Shown: positions 43,879-55,182, counted from the first letter of the stretch. The stretch is DNA of 64,000 nt from an uncultured Nitrososphaeraceae archaeon (GCA_963837175.1 CAWIMJ010000009.1:32001-96000); one strand, 5' to 3'. The notes: generated from the letters alone by a model not told the origin. Made by a program: numbers and translations.

Positions 43879-44286
43879 ATGAAAATAGAACCAAAAGATG
43901 GAGACATTACTAAGAAAACAGGAGTAAGCAATAAATGTGAAGTGGCCAATATATGGGAAGTCCTTGGTAAAAGATGGTCCTTAATAATTTTAAAGAATTT
44001 GAGCACGAAAGAAGTAATACGTTTCAATGAACTGAAGAAAGTATTGTCAGGAATAAGCAGCACTGTATTATCAGAAAGACTATTAGAACTAGAACGTGAA
44101 GGTCTTGTTTCTAAAAAAATATATCCAGAAATTCCTCCTAAAGTTGAATATAGTCTAACCCGGCGAGCAAAAGAGCTCGAAGTTATCCTAAAAGAGTTAG
44201 GCAGATGGGTAAGTCGATGGAAGGCTTCTGAGGAAGCAAAGGCAATAACAACTACGGCTTCAATGAAAGGTAAAAGCATAGTCTAA
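43879..44286 (+). CDS. HxlR-family winged-helix regulator
   Basis: C...LGKRWSLIIL..RFNELK..GISSTVLSERL.ELE.EGLV...YPEIPPKVEYSLT. Confidence 0.92.
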   Translation: MKIEPKDGDITKKTGVSNKCEVANIWEVLGKRWSLIILKNLSTKEVIRFNELKKVLSGISSTVLSERLLELEREGLVSKKIYPEIPPKVEYSLTRRAKELEVILKELGRWVSRWKASEEAKAITTTASMKGKSIV

Positions 44287-44424
44287 AATTAAGAAGCATA
44301 AAAAGTTGAAACGACATTCCCTTATTAGTTATTGATAACAATTCAGCGGCACGATGTATAATTGCTTTTTCTTCTAACTCGCTAAAATGGTTCACCATCA
44401 TCTTCATCTTGTCACAGGATATAG

Positions 44425-44449
44425 TTGCCTAAATTCTGAATTTAGGCAA
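44425..44449. promoter_or_regulatory. Perfect 25-bp palindrome
   Basis: TTGCCTAAATTC-T-GAATTTAGGCAA, about 140 nt upstream of the Cas4-like gene. Confidence 0.5.
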
Positions 44450-44586
44450 TCAATAGCACTATGACGCTACTACTAACTTACTATCATCCATAAGCAAGCT
44501 GTTAATAAATATATGATTAAGTATATTTTATCTGAAAACTATATTGGAGACAATATTAGAATAAGAAGAGGAGGCTGAGGACTGAA

Positions 44587-45429
44587 ATGGCAATAACTAT
44601 ACGAAAAAATCCAACGTTCACAGATTTACTTCAGAAAAATCTACAATCTAGATATGAAGATAAAAGGAGAGTCGATAACATTGTACATGTTTCCGATATT
44701 ATACCTACTACCTGTATAAGGAAGCAATATTATTCCAGAAAGTTCCCTGAATTAGATCCTCTATCAAACGAATCAGTACATCATTTTGTAAGAGGTGAAT
44801 CTAGCGAATTTGTGATTACAGAGCTTGCAAGTTTAGGTGTGGCACAAGCCACTATAGAAATGGATGGAATAGTTGCTCATCCAGATATTATGAATGAAGT
44901 TGAAAGTGTTATAGTAGAGCTAAAAGATACAGTTAATGGCAAACGGCTTGATATAACTGATAGTACATTCCGAGCATACCTTAGGCAGTTATTATATTAC
45001 TTGGTTATGACCGGTATAGAAAAAGGAATTATTTCTATAAGGTATAACATTAGAGAGTTAAGATGGATAAAAAGTGATTCAGAAGGTAATGATTATTTCT
45101 TCAGGCCATTTAATGCTAAAGACGTTGGCATAGAAAGCTGGGAAATACATTTGCCAGCAACAGATGTTGTCAGGGAAATATTAAAAAATGAAATGGTTCG
45201 AAGGAAGAATTTATTCTTAAAAGCATTGGAAGAAAATGACGTGTCTATATTGCCTCGATTACCAGAGTTTGCAAGAAATAAGAAATGTAGTTGGTGTCCA
45301 TTTTATGATAAATGTATGAATAAAGATAATGAAACAGATAAAGCTAAAGAAATGTCAAATGAGATTGATATCTTAGATATAAATGGTGTAGTTGACTTTA
45401 AGCCTGTTGTAGACAATAGTAATAGATAG
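44587..45429 (+). CDS. Solo Cas4-like PD-(D/E)XK nuclease with predicted Fe-S cluster
   Basis: HVSD..C.RK.YY, HPD..IVELK, QLLYY and C-terminal CSWCPFYDKC (split 1+3 Cys arrangement). Confidence 0.85.
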   Translation: MAITIRKNPTFTDLLQKNLQSRYEDKRRVDNIVHVSDIIPTTCIRKQYYSRKFPELDPLSNESVHHFVRGESSEFVITELASLGVAQATIEMDGIVAHPDIMNEVESVIVELKDTVNGKRLDITDSTFRAYLRQLLYYLVMTGIEKGIISIRYNIRELRWIKSDSEGNDYFFRPFNAKDVGIESWEIHLPATDVVREILKNEMVRRKNLFLKALEENDVSILPRLPEFARNKKCSWCPFYDKCMNKDNETDKAKEMSNEIDILDINGVVDFKPVVDNSNR

Positions 45430-45667
45430 TCTCATAATCATGCATGAATGGATAATATCTTTTTCTTATCAATGCAAAGACTGTGATAGGATCAACAACA
45501 TATGTTACTCTTCTGCTTCTCTTGCTATGGCCGCATGTTTTTGCCATAATGGACAAAAGCGTTTCTGTATCTGTGATAGTCATTAACTATATTACACCAC
45601 CAATTCTGAGAATTCAAATATAATACCAAGTCTTTGATCATAATCAAATTTTTATATTTTTTTAGTT

Positions 45668-45928
45668 CTAAATGGATATTGATTCTACATTGATATTATT
45701 GCAGACAGGACATATTCTATTTATGCTACTGTCTATATAGATAGAGGAAGCACACCAAAAACATGATTCGCATAGTAAGAAATATTTTTTTTTAATAATT
45801 CTTTTCTTTTCATAGTTCACTCGAGCCGTGTTAGAATCATATGATGATGCAGTGTTAGCAGTACCATAAATGTGATTATCAATAGCTTTTCTATAATCAA
45901 GATGTATTTGCTGAAACAACATTATCAT
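45668..45928 (-). CDS. Small zinc-ribbon protein
   Basis: FLLCESCFWCAS...CPVCN. Confidence 0.75.
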   Translation of the reverse strand: MIMLFQQIHLDYRKAIDNHIYGTANTASSYDSNTARVNYEKKRIIKKKYFLLCESCFWCASSIYIDSSINRICPVCNNINVESISI

Positions 45929-46115
45929 TGACTAATTGCTATTTTGATTAATAAAGATGGATTAACTATGTTAAGGATTGAATTAACTATAATACAAGAT
46001 ATCAATTGATAGAATCTTCTAGAGTTGTCAGAACTAGATCTCTGATAGGGCAACAGGGATTACATACAAGTCCATTAATCTCTATTTGTAACCTTCTAAA
46101 TTTTTGCTATACTAC

Positions 46116-46230
46116 TATACTGCCTAACATAATTTCGTATATCTTTTAAAACCAAGTAAAAGGATTTTTTAAGCATAGTAAACCTTACATATTAAGAAAA
46201 ATCTGTAAACGAACTTTGTTAGTTAGTATA
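46116..46230 (+). mobile_element. MITE copy 2 (IS630/Tc1-like, ~115 bp)
   Basis: Inverted near-identical copy of 33570-33685 with unrelated flanks. Confidence 0.9.
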
Positions 46231-46308
46231 CTATTACTTCTCTGTTTGCGTGTGGTGGTATTCATAGTAGTATTAAGCGTATTTGTTTAATTTATTATAT
46301 GTATATAT

Positions 46309-46860
46309 ATGCGCATGCGTACTATTTTCACTACGACGAAAACAGCAAAGCAGAAAAATAAGAATTTTAAGAGTAATAAGAAAAATATATTTTCTAAAGG
46401 AGTTATCATTGGAATTGTCATTGCAGCAGTAGTTATTTCAATAGTAGTTTATTTTGGAATAAATTCACTTATTCCAGTAAATGGTAAGTCACCGATTTTC
46501 TCTCCGCCTCGAAATAACTTTATCAAGGCAGCATATTCGCCTCAGACAGGTTATACTTTTATAAGTCAATCTAGTGGTGCTGTAAAAGGTCTTCGCGGAA
46601 GTGGAGGAGGTGGCTCTGCTACTGACCCAACTTATACATTAAAGAAAGGTAGTGTAGAATCTATCCACATGATAAATGAAGACTATCAGACTCATTCAAA
46701 GCATAACTTTAACATAGATGAATTCAATGTACATACAAAAGATTTGGGTTATTTTCAATCTCAAACAGTTACATTTATTGCAGATAAGGAAGGGACATTC
46801 AAATATTATTGTACGATACACCCTGAGATGAAAGGTACCATAGAAGTACAAGCAGATTAG
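46309..46860 (+). CDS. Membrane-anchored cupredoxin (type 1 blue copper) protein
   Basis: N-terminal transmembrane helix, then HNF...YYCTIHPEMKG (His, Cys, His, Met ligands). Confidence 0.9.
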   Translation: MRMRTIFTTTKTAKQKNKNFKSNKKNIFSKGVIIGIVIAAVVISIVVYFGINSLIPVNGKSPIFSPPRNNFIKAAYSPQTGYTFISQSSGAVKGLRGSGGGGSATDPTYTLKKGSVESIHMINEDYQTHSKHNFNIDEFNVHTKDLGYFQSQTVTFIADKEGTFKYYCTIHPEMKGTIEVQAD

Positions 46861-47076
46861 ATCTCTATGTGTGTATGTATATGTATATGTAGTAGATATA
46901 TATGACATATAATCATCAAAACAAAGAAAGGAAATATTTCTTCAAATATAATGATGACGATGATAATAATAATAACAACTATTACTGCTGTTGTTATTGT
47001 AGTGGTAGTAGTAGTACTAGTAATAATATAAAAGAAGAATGTATAATATATTTTGTGTTAATATTATTATTATCTT

Positions 47077-47502
47077 ATGGACTATGATGATAATGATAAT
47101 AACAACAAAGAGAAATTGAATATGTCACGCAGTGATATCCTGAGTTTACTAGATGACTTCATAGAACAAATGAATCAAATCAGAAGAACTCTTTTTGGTG
47201 TTTCTATCTCTGCTCTGCTTCTTTCACCTCTTGCAATAGTACTTTCGATATATCTTATAGTACATCCATCATTCTTTGCTATCCTTGAAATAGAAAATGA
47301 GTTTGGACTTGTACTTAGTGTGTTGTTAAGCGCAGTTATTCTGATCTCTTCAATATGGCTTATAATAGGAATAAGACAATATCTTTCTCTAAGTTCTTGG
47401 AACAGTAGATATAAGGAGTATAATGAGCAAAAACAGAAAATAGATAAAATGATTGAAGCAAAATATGGTTTAGATAATAATTATAATAATGATAGTAATT
47501 AA
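47077..47502 (+). CDS. Hypothetical 2-TM membrane protein
   Basis: Two hydrophobic helices flanked by charged helical segments. Confidence 0.7.
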   Translation: MDYDDNDNNNKEKLNMSRSDILSLLDDFIEQMNQIRRTLFGVSISALLLSPLAIVLSIYLIVHPSFFAILEIENEFGLVLSVLLSAVILISSIWLIIGIRQYLSLSSWNSRYKEYNEQKQKIDKMIEAKYGLDNNYNNDSN

Positions 47503-47753
47503 ATAATAATAATAATAATAATAATCTGCAGCAGAAAGATTTTAAGAATGACTCTGTTAGTTAGTTAGTTCATTAATAATTATTATATTATTATTATTAT
47601 TATATTAAATGTTATTATTACTATTAGATTAGCATTATTATTATTATTATTATGTTCTTCTTGTTATTAAGGTCGTCATCCTCATCCTCATCCTCAAATG
47701 TCCTCAATCATTATCCTCATCAATTCTAACTACCATCAATCATCATCTTCCTC

Positions 47754-48065
47754 CTAATCCTCATCCTCAGTAGTCTTTCTTCTAGGGAACATTTTCTCAT
47801 ATGGCTCTAAAATACTTCTACAAAATTCTACTCCTGTCTCTGTAGGCTTATAGATTGTAACTATTCTCTTTCCAAATTGCGTTTCATCTTTACATATTAG
47901 CTTATTTGACTCCAAGTCATCAAGAATTGGTTTGTGTTTTTTTAGATTCAAGCCACAAAAGCTTACTAATGCTGTCTGATTTAATTCACCATATTCTAAA
48001 AGTTTTAGAATTATATCTTTAACAATATATATTCTATCTCTATATGAACTATTGGAGCCAGATAT
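47754..48065 (-). CDS. Winged-helix DNA-binding protein, probably with a non-canonical ATA start
   Basis: The frame stays open upstream of the ORF call (YRDRIYIVKDIILKLLEYGELNQTALVSFCGLN..IYKPTETG). TATATAAG lies about 24-31 nt upstream of the ATA at 48065. Confidence 0.8.
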   Translation of the reverse strand: MSGSNSSYRDRIYIVKDIILKLLEYGELNQTALVSFCGLNLKKHKPILDDLESNKLICKDETQFGKRIVTIYKPTETGVEFCRSILEPYEKMFPRRKTTEDED

Positions 48066-48315
48066 TCGGTGTGACTTGTAGACTTTTACTTATATATGGT
48101 ACAATATAATCTCTAATTACAAGTGATTTAATCATGTTATGCAATATTGTATTCCCGAGCAGATACCAAAGTTACCCATTCCTTATTTAGTTGAATTAAT
48201 AGTGTTTAGTACCTGATACTGATCTTGCTTAACATAGTTAAGATACCTATTAATTAACCCCAATTTCTATCAAAGGCGGTGTTCAGGTAAAATAACAATT
48301 TTTGATTCGTTAATA

Positions 48316-48894
48316 ATGCAGATAGCAGGCTTAACTCCACATTATACCACTCATTCCATTTTTCCAAATCTCTTTATAGCTATGATTGTGGCTTCATTGA
48401 TCGCAATAGGATTAAACTTTGTCTTTACCTTGTTAAGAAAAAAGACTACTGACATTGAAAAGATGAATAAGGTCATGAAAGAGACCAATGAATGGCGAAA
48501 GCAATACACCGATGCAATAAAAAAACGTGATAAAGCACGCATTGAAGAACTAAAAAAGAAACAAGCTTATGTGAACAAAATGAGCATGGAAATGCAGCAG
48601 CAGCAAATGCGTCCAATGTTAATCTATATGGCACCCTCCTTCATGTTATGGATTTTTGTCTTTCCAGCAATCTTTGGTCAAATAGTTGCTCTTTCACCTA
48701 TAGAAATTCCATGGATAATGTGTACGGGCGAAAGTGTCCACAAAGATAATCAAATTGACAATAATGGCAATCATAAAGGACCGTGTACAGTTCCTGGGCA
48801 AGTCTATCTATGGGGATGGTTCCTTATTACTAATTTTGCATTTAGCGGAATAGTATCTAAAATCACAAAAACTTCTATGCCAAGCATAACCTAA
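48316..48894 (+). CDS. DUF106/EMC3/TMCO1 (Oxa1 superfamily) membrane insertase
   Basis: TM1, coiled coil, QMRPMLIYMAP, then LWGWFLITNF (three transmembrane helices). Confidence 0.88.
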   Translation: MQIAGLTPHYTTHSIFPNLFIAMIVASLIAIGLNFVFTLLRKKTTDIEKMNKVMKETNEWRKQYTDAIKKRDKARIEELKKKQAYVNKMSMEMQQQQMRPMLIYMAPSFMLWIFVFPAIFGQIVALSPIEIPWIMCTGESVHKDNQIDNNGNHKGPCTVPGQVYLWGWFLITNFAFSGIVSKITKTSMPSIT

Positions 48895-49290
48895 AATATG
48901 GTATTAGATCTGATAAAACTAGATAGAGATAGCTACAAATAAAGAAAATGTAGTTTAATAATAAGAATTAGAATTTTAAAGCTACGTATCTTAAATTTTT
49001 ATAGGTATTCTAGTAATATAAAAAATTGTGCTGGTATAGAAAAGATGTATTATACTATAATCTAACCAGTATTTGGATGTTGGCTTGAAATATCTCCCCT
49101 ATTTATGTTCTAAAATCTGAAAAACTATATATAAATATTAATTATATAATATTAGATTATTTAATTTGATATTTAGATTATTTAATATTCAGAGAAAATT
49201 ATTGCAGATCTCGAATGTCTTCGTAAATATTGGAGTGAGTCCTCAAAAAGACTCGAAAAAAATAAAATCTTCCAACATCAAATTAAGATA

Positions 49291-50319
49291 ATGGGATTAG
49301 ATCTAAAACCAGTTGTTACTTCCTCTGATATTACTATATCGGAATTATCCAATAAAGTTGTGGCAGTTGATGCATATAATGCAATATATCAATTTCTTGC
49401 AACTATTCGTGGACCAACAGGTGATTTACTTACAAATAATAAAGGTGACATAACAAGCCACTTAAGTGGTTTGTTTTATCGCAATATCAATTTACTGGCA
49501 GAAAATATTAAGCTCATTTATATTTTTGATGGCAAGCCTCATCCCCTCAAGTCAAAGGAGATTGAACGAAGGCATCAAATAAAACAAGAGGCATCTAAAA
49601 GATATGAAGAAGCAATAGCGGAAGGAAGACTTGAAGATGCCCGAAAATACAGCCAAGCCACTTCTGTTTTGACATCCCAGATGGTAGAAGAATCAAAAAA
49701 GATCATGACTCTGCTTGGAATTCCTTATATTCAGGCTCCATCTGAAGGAGAGGCGGCGGCTGCCTATCTCACAAAAATCGGAATAGCTTTTACCTCTGCA
49801 AGCCAAGACTATGATTCAATATTATTTGGTGCCAAAAAACTGACACGTAATCTTACAGTCAGCGGGAGGAGAAAAATTCCTAACAGGAACCTATACGTTG
49901 ATATTGAGCCAGAGATTTTTGATCATGAACAGATTCTTAATGAAACTCAGCTGACACATGAGCAATTGGTAGATGTTGGAATTTTGATAGGTACCGATTT
50001 TAATCCGGCAGGCTTCACAGGCATTGGACCCAAAACTGCTTTAAAACTAATTAGAGAGTTTGGAAAATTAGAAAATATTGAAAAAATTAAAAATTCTTTA
50101 TCGTCTATTCCGTATCAAGAAATTCGAGATATTTTTTTAAAACCAGAAGTATTGGATGTTGACAATATTCAGTTTAATGTGGTAAATTACAAGGATATAG
50201 TAGATTTCCTGTGCATAGAAAAAAGCTTTTCTACAGATCGTGTAAACACAGCTTTAGAAAAACTAAAAAAATCAATTACAAATCGTAGCCAGTCTCTAGA
50301 AAAGTGGTTTGGTAGTTAG
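49291..50319 (+). CDS. fen: Flap endonuclease 1
   Basis: MGLDL, VDAYNAIYQFL, TSHLSGLFYR, APSEGEA, SQDYD, GTDFN, C-terminal PIP box QSLEKWF. Confidence 0.97.
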   Translation: MGLDLKPVVTSSDITISELSNKVVAVDAYNAIYQFLATIRGPTGDLLTNNKGDITSHLSGLFYRNINLLAENIKLIYIFDGKPHPLKSKEIERRHQIKQEASKRYEEAIAEGRLEDARKYSQATSVLTSQMVEESKKIMTLLGIPYIQAPSEGEAAAAYLTKIGIAFTSASQDYDSILFGAKKLTRNLTVSGRRKIPNRNLYVDIEPEIFDHEQILNETQLTHEQLVDVGILIGTDFNPAGFTGIGPKTALKLIREFGKLENIEKIKNSLSSIPYQEIRDIFLKPEVLDVDNIQFNVVNYKDIVDFLCIEKSFSTDRVNTALEKLKKSITNRSQSLEKWFGS

Positions 50320-50778
50320 TTAACTAATTGGAGAGATAATATAATCTTAACTTCATATTTAGATTATTTAATAATAAAATTATGTCCAAAAAACGGGGAT
50401 CAGTCATCATCCTCATTGAAGGCGAGCCAATATTTCTATGATTGGAACTCATTATATGCTAGAGAAATCCCAGCATTATAAACAGGTGTATCCAGTTCGC
50501 TTGAGATATATATAGATATTCGTGTCGTTTTATCTATTAATAAGTAAATTTGAGAGAAACTAATCATCTGGTAATATCTACATGAAAAATGCATAGAAAA
50601 TTCAGCACTAAATCAGATAAATTACAAGAAAATAGAGCAATATCGCATTGGAATCATCAGAGACTACCTCCGTGACTGGTGTCTGTCTGTTTCTCTTACG
50701 CTACTCCTTTAATTACTCTGATAATCTTCAACAAGAAAATAAAAAGGAATATTTATCATAGCAAAGAATGTTGTAATG

Positions 50779-51216
50779 CTATTTTCCGCCTAAAAGACCT
50801 CCTATTATAGGAACCTTGCTTAATGGATTTCCTGTATTATTTCCACCTGTTGCATTACTACCACCAGTAGTTGTGTTATCATTAGATGATTTTCCGCCTA
50901 AAAGGCCTCCTATTATAGGAACCTTGCTTAATGGATTTCCTGTATTATTTCCACCTGTTGCATTACTACCACCAGTAGTTGTGTTATCATTAGAAGATTT
51001 TCCGCCTAAAAGGCCTCCTATTATAGGAACCTTGCTTAATGGATTTCCTGTATTATTTCCACCTGTTGCATTACTACCACCAGTAGTTGTGTTATCATTA
51101 GTTGAATTTGTATCTGAAGTTGTTTGCGCAACTGCTGGAACTAAAATACCACTGGATCCTAGAATAAGCCCTGAAGCCAAGACTAATATTGCTGTTATAT
51201 GTATTAGTTTTTTCAT
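50779..51216 (-). CDS. Secreted protein with three 36-aa tandem repeats
   Basis: Signal ending AVAQ, then (NDNTTTGGSNATGGNNTGNPLSKVPIIGGLLGGK)x3. Confidence 0.8.
   Translation of the reverse strand: MKKLIHITAILVLASGLILGSSGILVPAVAQTTSDTNSTNDNTTTGGSNATGGNNTGNPLSKVPIIGGLLGGKSSNDNTTTGGSNATGGNNTGNPLSKVPIIGGLLGGKSSNDNTTTGGSNATGGNNTGNPLSKVPIIGGLLGGK
50782..51100. repeat. 108-bp tandem repeat, 3 copies
   Basis: ccgcctaaaag at 50786, 50894 and 51002; the copies are nearly identical. Confidence 0.95.
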
Positions 51217-51904
51217 CGCAAATAAAATGCCATATTAAACTATAACACTTTCATATTTATAATATAAATTTAGAATATAGATTATTGATATATAAGAATA
51301 TTATGATACATAAGAGTTTTAATCAATACTATTATTTTACTACTATACTTCTTATCATTAACTTGACAATCCCTTTCCTCAAAATCTCCCCTCCCTGAGT
51401 CATTACCGCTTCATTTAGACATCAAAATAACTGACTATATTAATAACAATATATATAATAAAATATCTTATAATTGGGAATTTTTGTATATATGAATACT
51501 GATATATGAACACTGATTAATGCTCATTTTTTGAGATGAGCGAATATTATTATCCTTACAAATACAGCTGTCTTCTGATATTTTATTCATTATCTGGAAG
51601 TTTATGATTTATGACTATCCTGAAATTCACGCATAATTATTGCATCCATCTTTGTTATCGTCTGTGTTATATTCTTCATCGAAATTGTTGTGTTGTTGAG
51701 TCGTTGCTCTATGTTGTCTGCCTATCTCTTTGCGTATGGGCTTCTTATGAGCTATGAATCGTTATAGTGAATCATAGTATCAAGGTATCTATAGTCCTTC
51801 TATAGTCCTTCTGCATTTTCTGATCCTTTTTTTAATAATTGTTATTTCCATTATAAAGTGTACAAGAGTATGGATGATCTAAAAGTCAAATTATTGCAAC
51901 ATCA

Positions 51905-52165
51905 TTAAGGCTTATACAAATCATCAAATTTACTACTTCTTTTCTTCATTGGTCTAATATAAACAAAATATCTCAATATGAATGCAAATGCTATCGCTGC
52001 TATTCCACCAATTATGAACCTCCATCCTATTATGGCAAATCCTTCACCTTCTTCTTTAAGCTGAATAATTTGCGAAATCCAAAGACATACCCCGCCAAAT
52101 ACTAGGACTATTATCCCAGCAGATAATATTGGCTTAAAAACTGTATTTCTTTCTCTCATTGGCAT
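51905..52165 (-). CDS. Small 2-TM membrane protein
   Basis: Two hydrophobic helices and a basic tail. Confidence 0.65.
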   Translation of the reverse strand: MPMRERNTVFKPILSAGIIVLVFGGVCLWISQIIQLKEEGEGFAIIGWRFIIGGIAAIAFAFILRYFVYIRPMKKRSSKFDDLYKP

Positions 52166-52619
52166 TGTAATGCATCTATTTGTCTACTAGTTAATAGAAA
52201 TAAAACCTTTCATTTAATCAAATAGTGTGAAGGTATAATTTTATTATAATTATTCGTTGGTGTCGTATGGGTTGCTCTTTGTATCTTAGATTCTGCTCTA
52301 TTTGCGTCTTTTCATTGTAGCAACCATCTCTTTATTCTTCTCTATCTACCTTTTCTATAGCCGTAATCAAAATACATATATGATAATTCTTAAAAATTTT
52401 AATAGCTCAAATGTATTTAATTTATAATATTATCTTCATAAAATAATATAACTATACGTATGTATGTAGTATTAAAAATTAAAGTTATACTAAAATCGCT
52501 TATTTGAAAATAGATTTATGTCATATCTGATTCACAATCTCTGCCAAATTTTCTTTCCTTCCATATTTAAAAATAAATACTAATAAATTTTAATAACATT
52601 AGCAAGTTAAAACTATCTT

Positions 52620-53150
52620 ATGACTATGTTATTAGAAAAGACTATTAAAAAGATAGTGTATATTCAGGAATTTGATAAATACGACAACAACGGTAAATTA
52701 TTATGCAGAAACATCAGTTGTAATAAATATCCACAACCACCATATAAAAAATATTGTTCTAGAAAATGCAATAAAGAGTTTAGACATTGGTATTATCACA
52801 ATTTCTTTTGGGAGCGTATTAGATCTGACATATTCAAACGTGATAACTATACATGTCAGATTTGCGAAAGAAAGTTTGCTTATTTTTATAGAAGGAAATT
52901 TGCCAGGTCTAAAAATTTAGAATGCGACCATATTATACCTAGGTCACTATATGAACAATTAGGATATAAATACGATACACTTGAAAACAAAATTAAAACT
53001 ACATTAGAATTCTTTCACAATCATAATAATCTCAGAACGTTATGCCAAGATTGTCATAAAGAAGTAACTTCAAAATATCTTCGTAATAAATGCCAAGTAA
53101 AAAAGAAGCAGATCTTAAAAAAGAACGAAAAGGAGAAGATGATAATATAG
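52620..53150 (+). CDS. HNH endonuclease with zinc-binding motifs
   Basis: CRNISC..YCSRKC, RDNYTCQIC, LECDHIIP, NLRTLCQDCH. Confidence 0.9.
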   Translation: MTMLLEKTIKKIVYIQEFDKYDNNGKLLCRNISCNKYPQPPYKKYCSRKCNKEFRHWYYHNFFWERIRSDIFKRDNYTCQICERKFAYFYRRKFARSKNLECDHIIPRSLYEQLGYKYDTLENKIKTTLEFFHNHNNLRTLCQDCHKEVTSKYLRNKCQVKKKQILKKNEKEKMII

Positions 53151-53350
53151 TCAATAAATTAGAATTGTCTGATATAATATTTCCAGAATAAGCAATACTA
53201 TCAATATTTGAAAATATCTTATCATAAACTAAAAAGTCTCCATAATAAGTGTCATTCCTACACAGCTAACAGCTAGTAAATGTATTAATACTTATAATAT
53301 AGTGATAATCTTCATAGGACAGATATAGTGATAATAATAAATCTAAGGTA

Positions 53351-53637
53351 ATGAACTATGCAACATTAAAAATATTTGTAGTCTTTGCCGCAGGTGCGTT
53401 GTCTGTGGAGCAGCCACTTTGGAACATACACAGCAAGCAATAGCCACAAGCAAATCACAGAGTTCTTCCATAACATGCATAAACGATGAATGTCATGTAG
53501 AGTGCCTAAATGGTGAATGTCATGTCTACTCCTCATCAGATTCGCAGTCTACTCGTGATAATATGAGAGTGGATACAGGAGATATGATGGAAATAATTAA
53601 GGAAAAACTCGCAGATAACGATGAATTACATCATTAG
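53351..53637 (+). CDS. Small secreted Cys-rich protein, frameshifted in the signal region
   Basis: ATG at 53351 (MNYATLKIFVVFAAG) shifts into ..AATLEHTQQAIA..CINDECHVECLNGECHV. Confidence 0.5.
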
Positions 53638-54326
53638 ATAAGTCTATTCAACTAACTATAAAATTGAATCGACGATAGCTTAGCAATTTGTTTTTTTCTT
53701 TCTAAATTCTGTATTATGAAAAGCAAATTGATTACTAATTAATCTGTATCTATTAGTAAATAAAAATATATGGGTCAAACAGAGTCATTGCCACCTCCAT
53801 AAATGACAGTTAAATACAATTCGAAACATTCAAAACCAAAATTAATTCCAAAAAATAAGAACACGTCTTAAGATTAACTTATATTTTGACAGGTAGGTAG
53901 TAAAATAGTATAGTGAGTGTATGTATACTATGTATACTATTAATTGAGTTAGCTTTGTAAATAATGACTAATAATTTTTTATATTTAACAATTCGTGAGT
54001 GTTAATCTAACGTATTTTACCTAATAATACGCCATATAATAACTATGATATAGATCAATAATCTTGTGTCATATTGATAAAGAAAAAAGACATTTGATTC
54101 TACATTGCATTAATCTTTTTAACTAATATTTTTCAATTGAATTTATTTAAAAATGCATCGATTCATGGTTGTTGAATAAAACCTTCATTAATATCAAAAA
54201 TGTAACTTTACCATTATATATTCGATAAAATAAAAAGCTGACTCCACTAGAATTAAAAATCTAGGTGGCAGTCAAATTCTAATATATTCTTACTTAATCA
54301 GATTCTCTTGTGTAGCTTGTCCATCT

Positions 54327-54579
54327 TTAAAATGGCAATTTAAAGGGATCATTGAGAGGCGGTATTATGCAGGTTTCAGCTTGACAATATATATTTATGC
54401 AAGTAGCATCACCACTACACCTGTTTATCTGCTCTATGCCTTTATCGTTTTTTGTATGTCCTCCTCCATCTCCTTCTGCTCTTGACTCCTGCAACGGTAT
54501 TGCTAAAGATGCCATCGACAGCACTAGAGCTCGCTAACACAGTGAGTGTCTTTAAGTTTGTATGCTTTATAGCTTTCAT
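54327..54579 (-). CDS. Small secreted Cys-rich peptide, frameshifted in the signal region
   Basis: MKAIKHTNLKTLTVLA / LVLSMASLAIPLQESRA..NRCSGDATCINIYCQAETC. Confidence 0.5.
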
Positions 54580-55182
54580 TTAATATTGGTTATTGTTATA
54601 AATATATTTGGATTGAGGAAATTATTGCTATATCTAAAAGATTAACTTATTTTAGTGTCATATAATAGTAATAAAATGATTACTAATAATTAGTAACGTA
54701 ATAATGAAGTAGATTTAATGAGAATTATTAAAACTAATAATTGACTATGTTATTACAGTAATGTTACCATATATATTGTAGAAAGCGAATCATAGAAGAA
54801 AGACATCAGAGAATTCAGAGTATTGGAAAAAATTATCCAATAAATAAAGTAATTGTTAAAAATTATATACTTTAATAAATTACCATAAGACATACATAAC
54901 AAGAAATAAAAATAGCTAACTGAAAATCAAAATATTTTTTAATAAAATCCCAAAAGGAGAGATCTATTAAAGAGTAGACAAAAAATCATCAATTTGTCAT
55001 ATTTAATCTTCACCTACTAATTTAGAAAGCATTTGATATTTAGTTTATTAACTGAATAATTTATTATATATACTAGAGCAGGTACAAATTATAAGAATGT
55101 AAAAATACTAAAATATATATAATGACTATGTTATCAATTTATAAGTCATATCCACATGGAAATATGACAGAATAAGCCATTT

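Noticed and set aside
47500-47753. AAT/ATT/CCTCAT low-complexity runs between convergent genes
   Set aside because: Simple-sequence expansions common throughout this window, with no higher-order structure.
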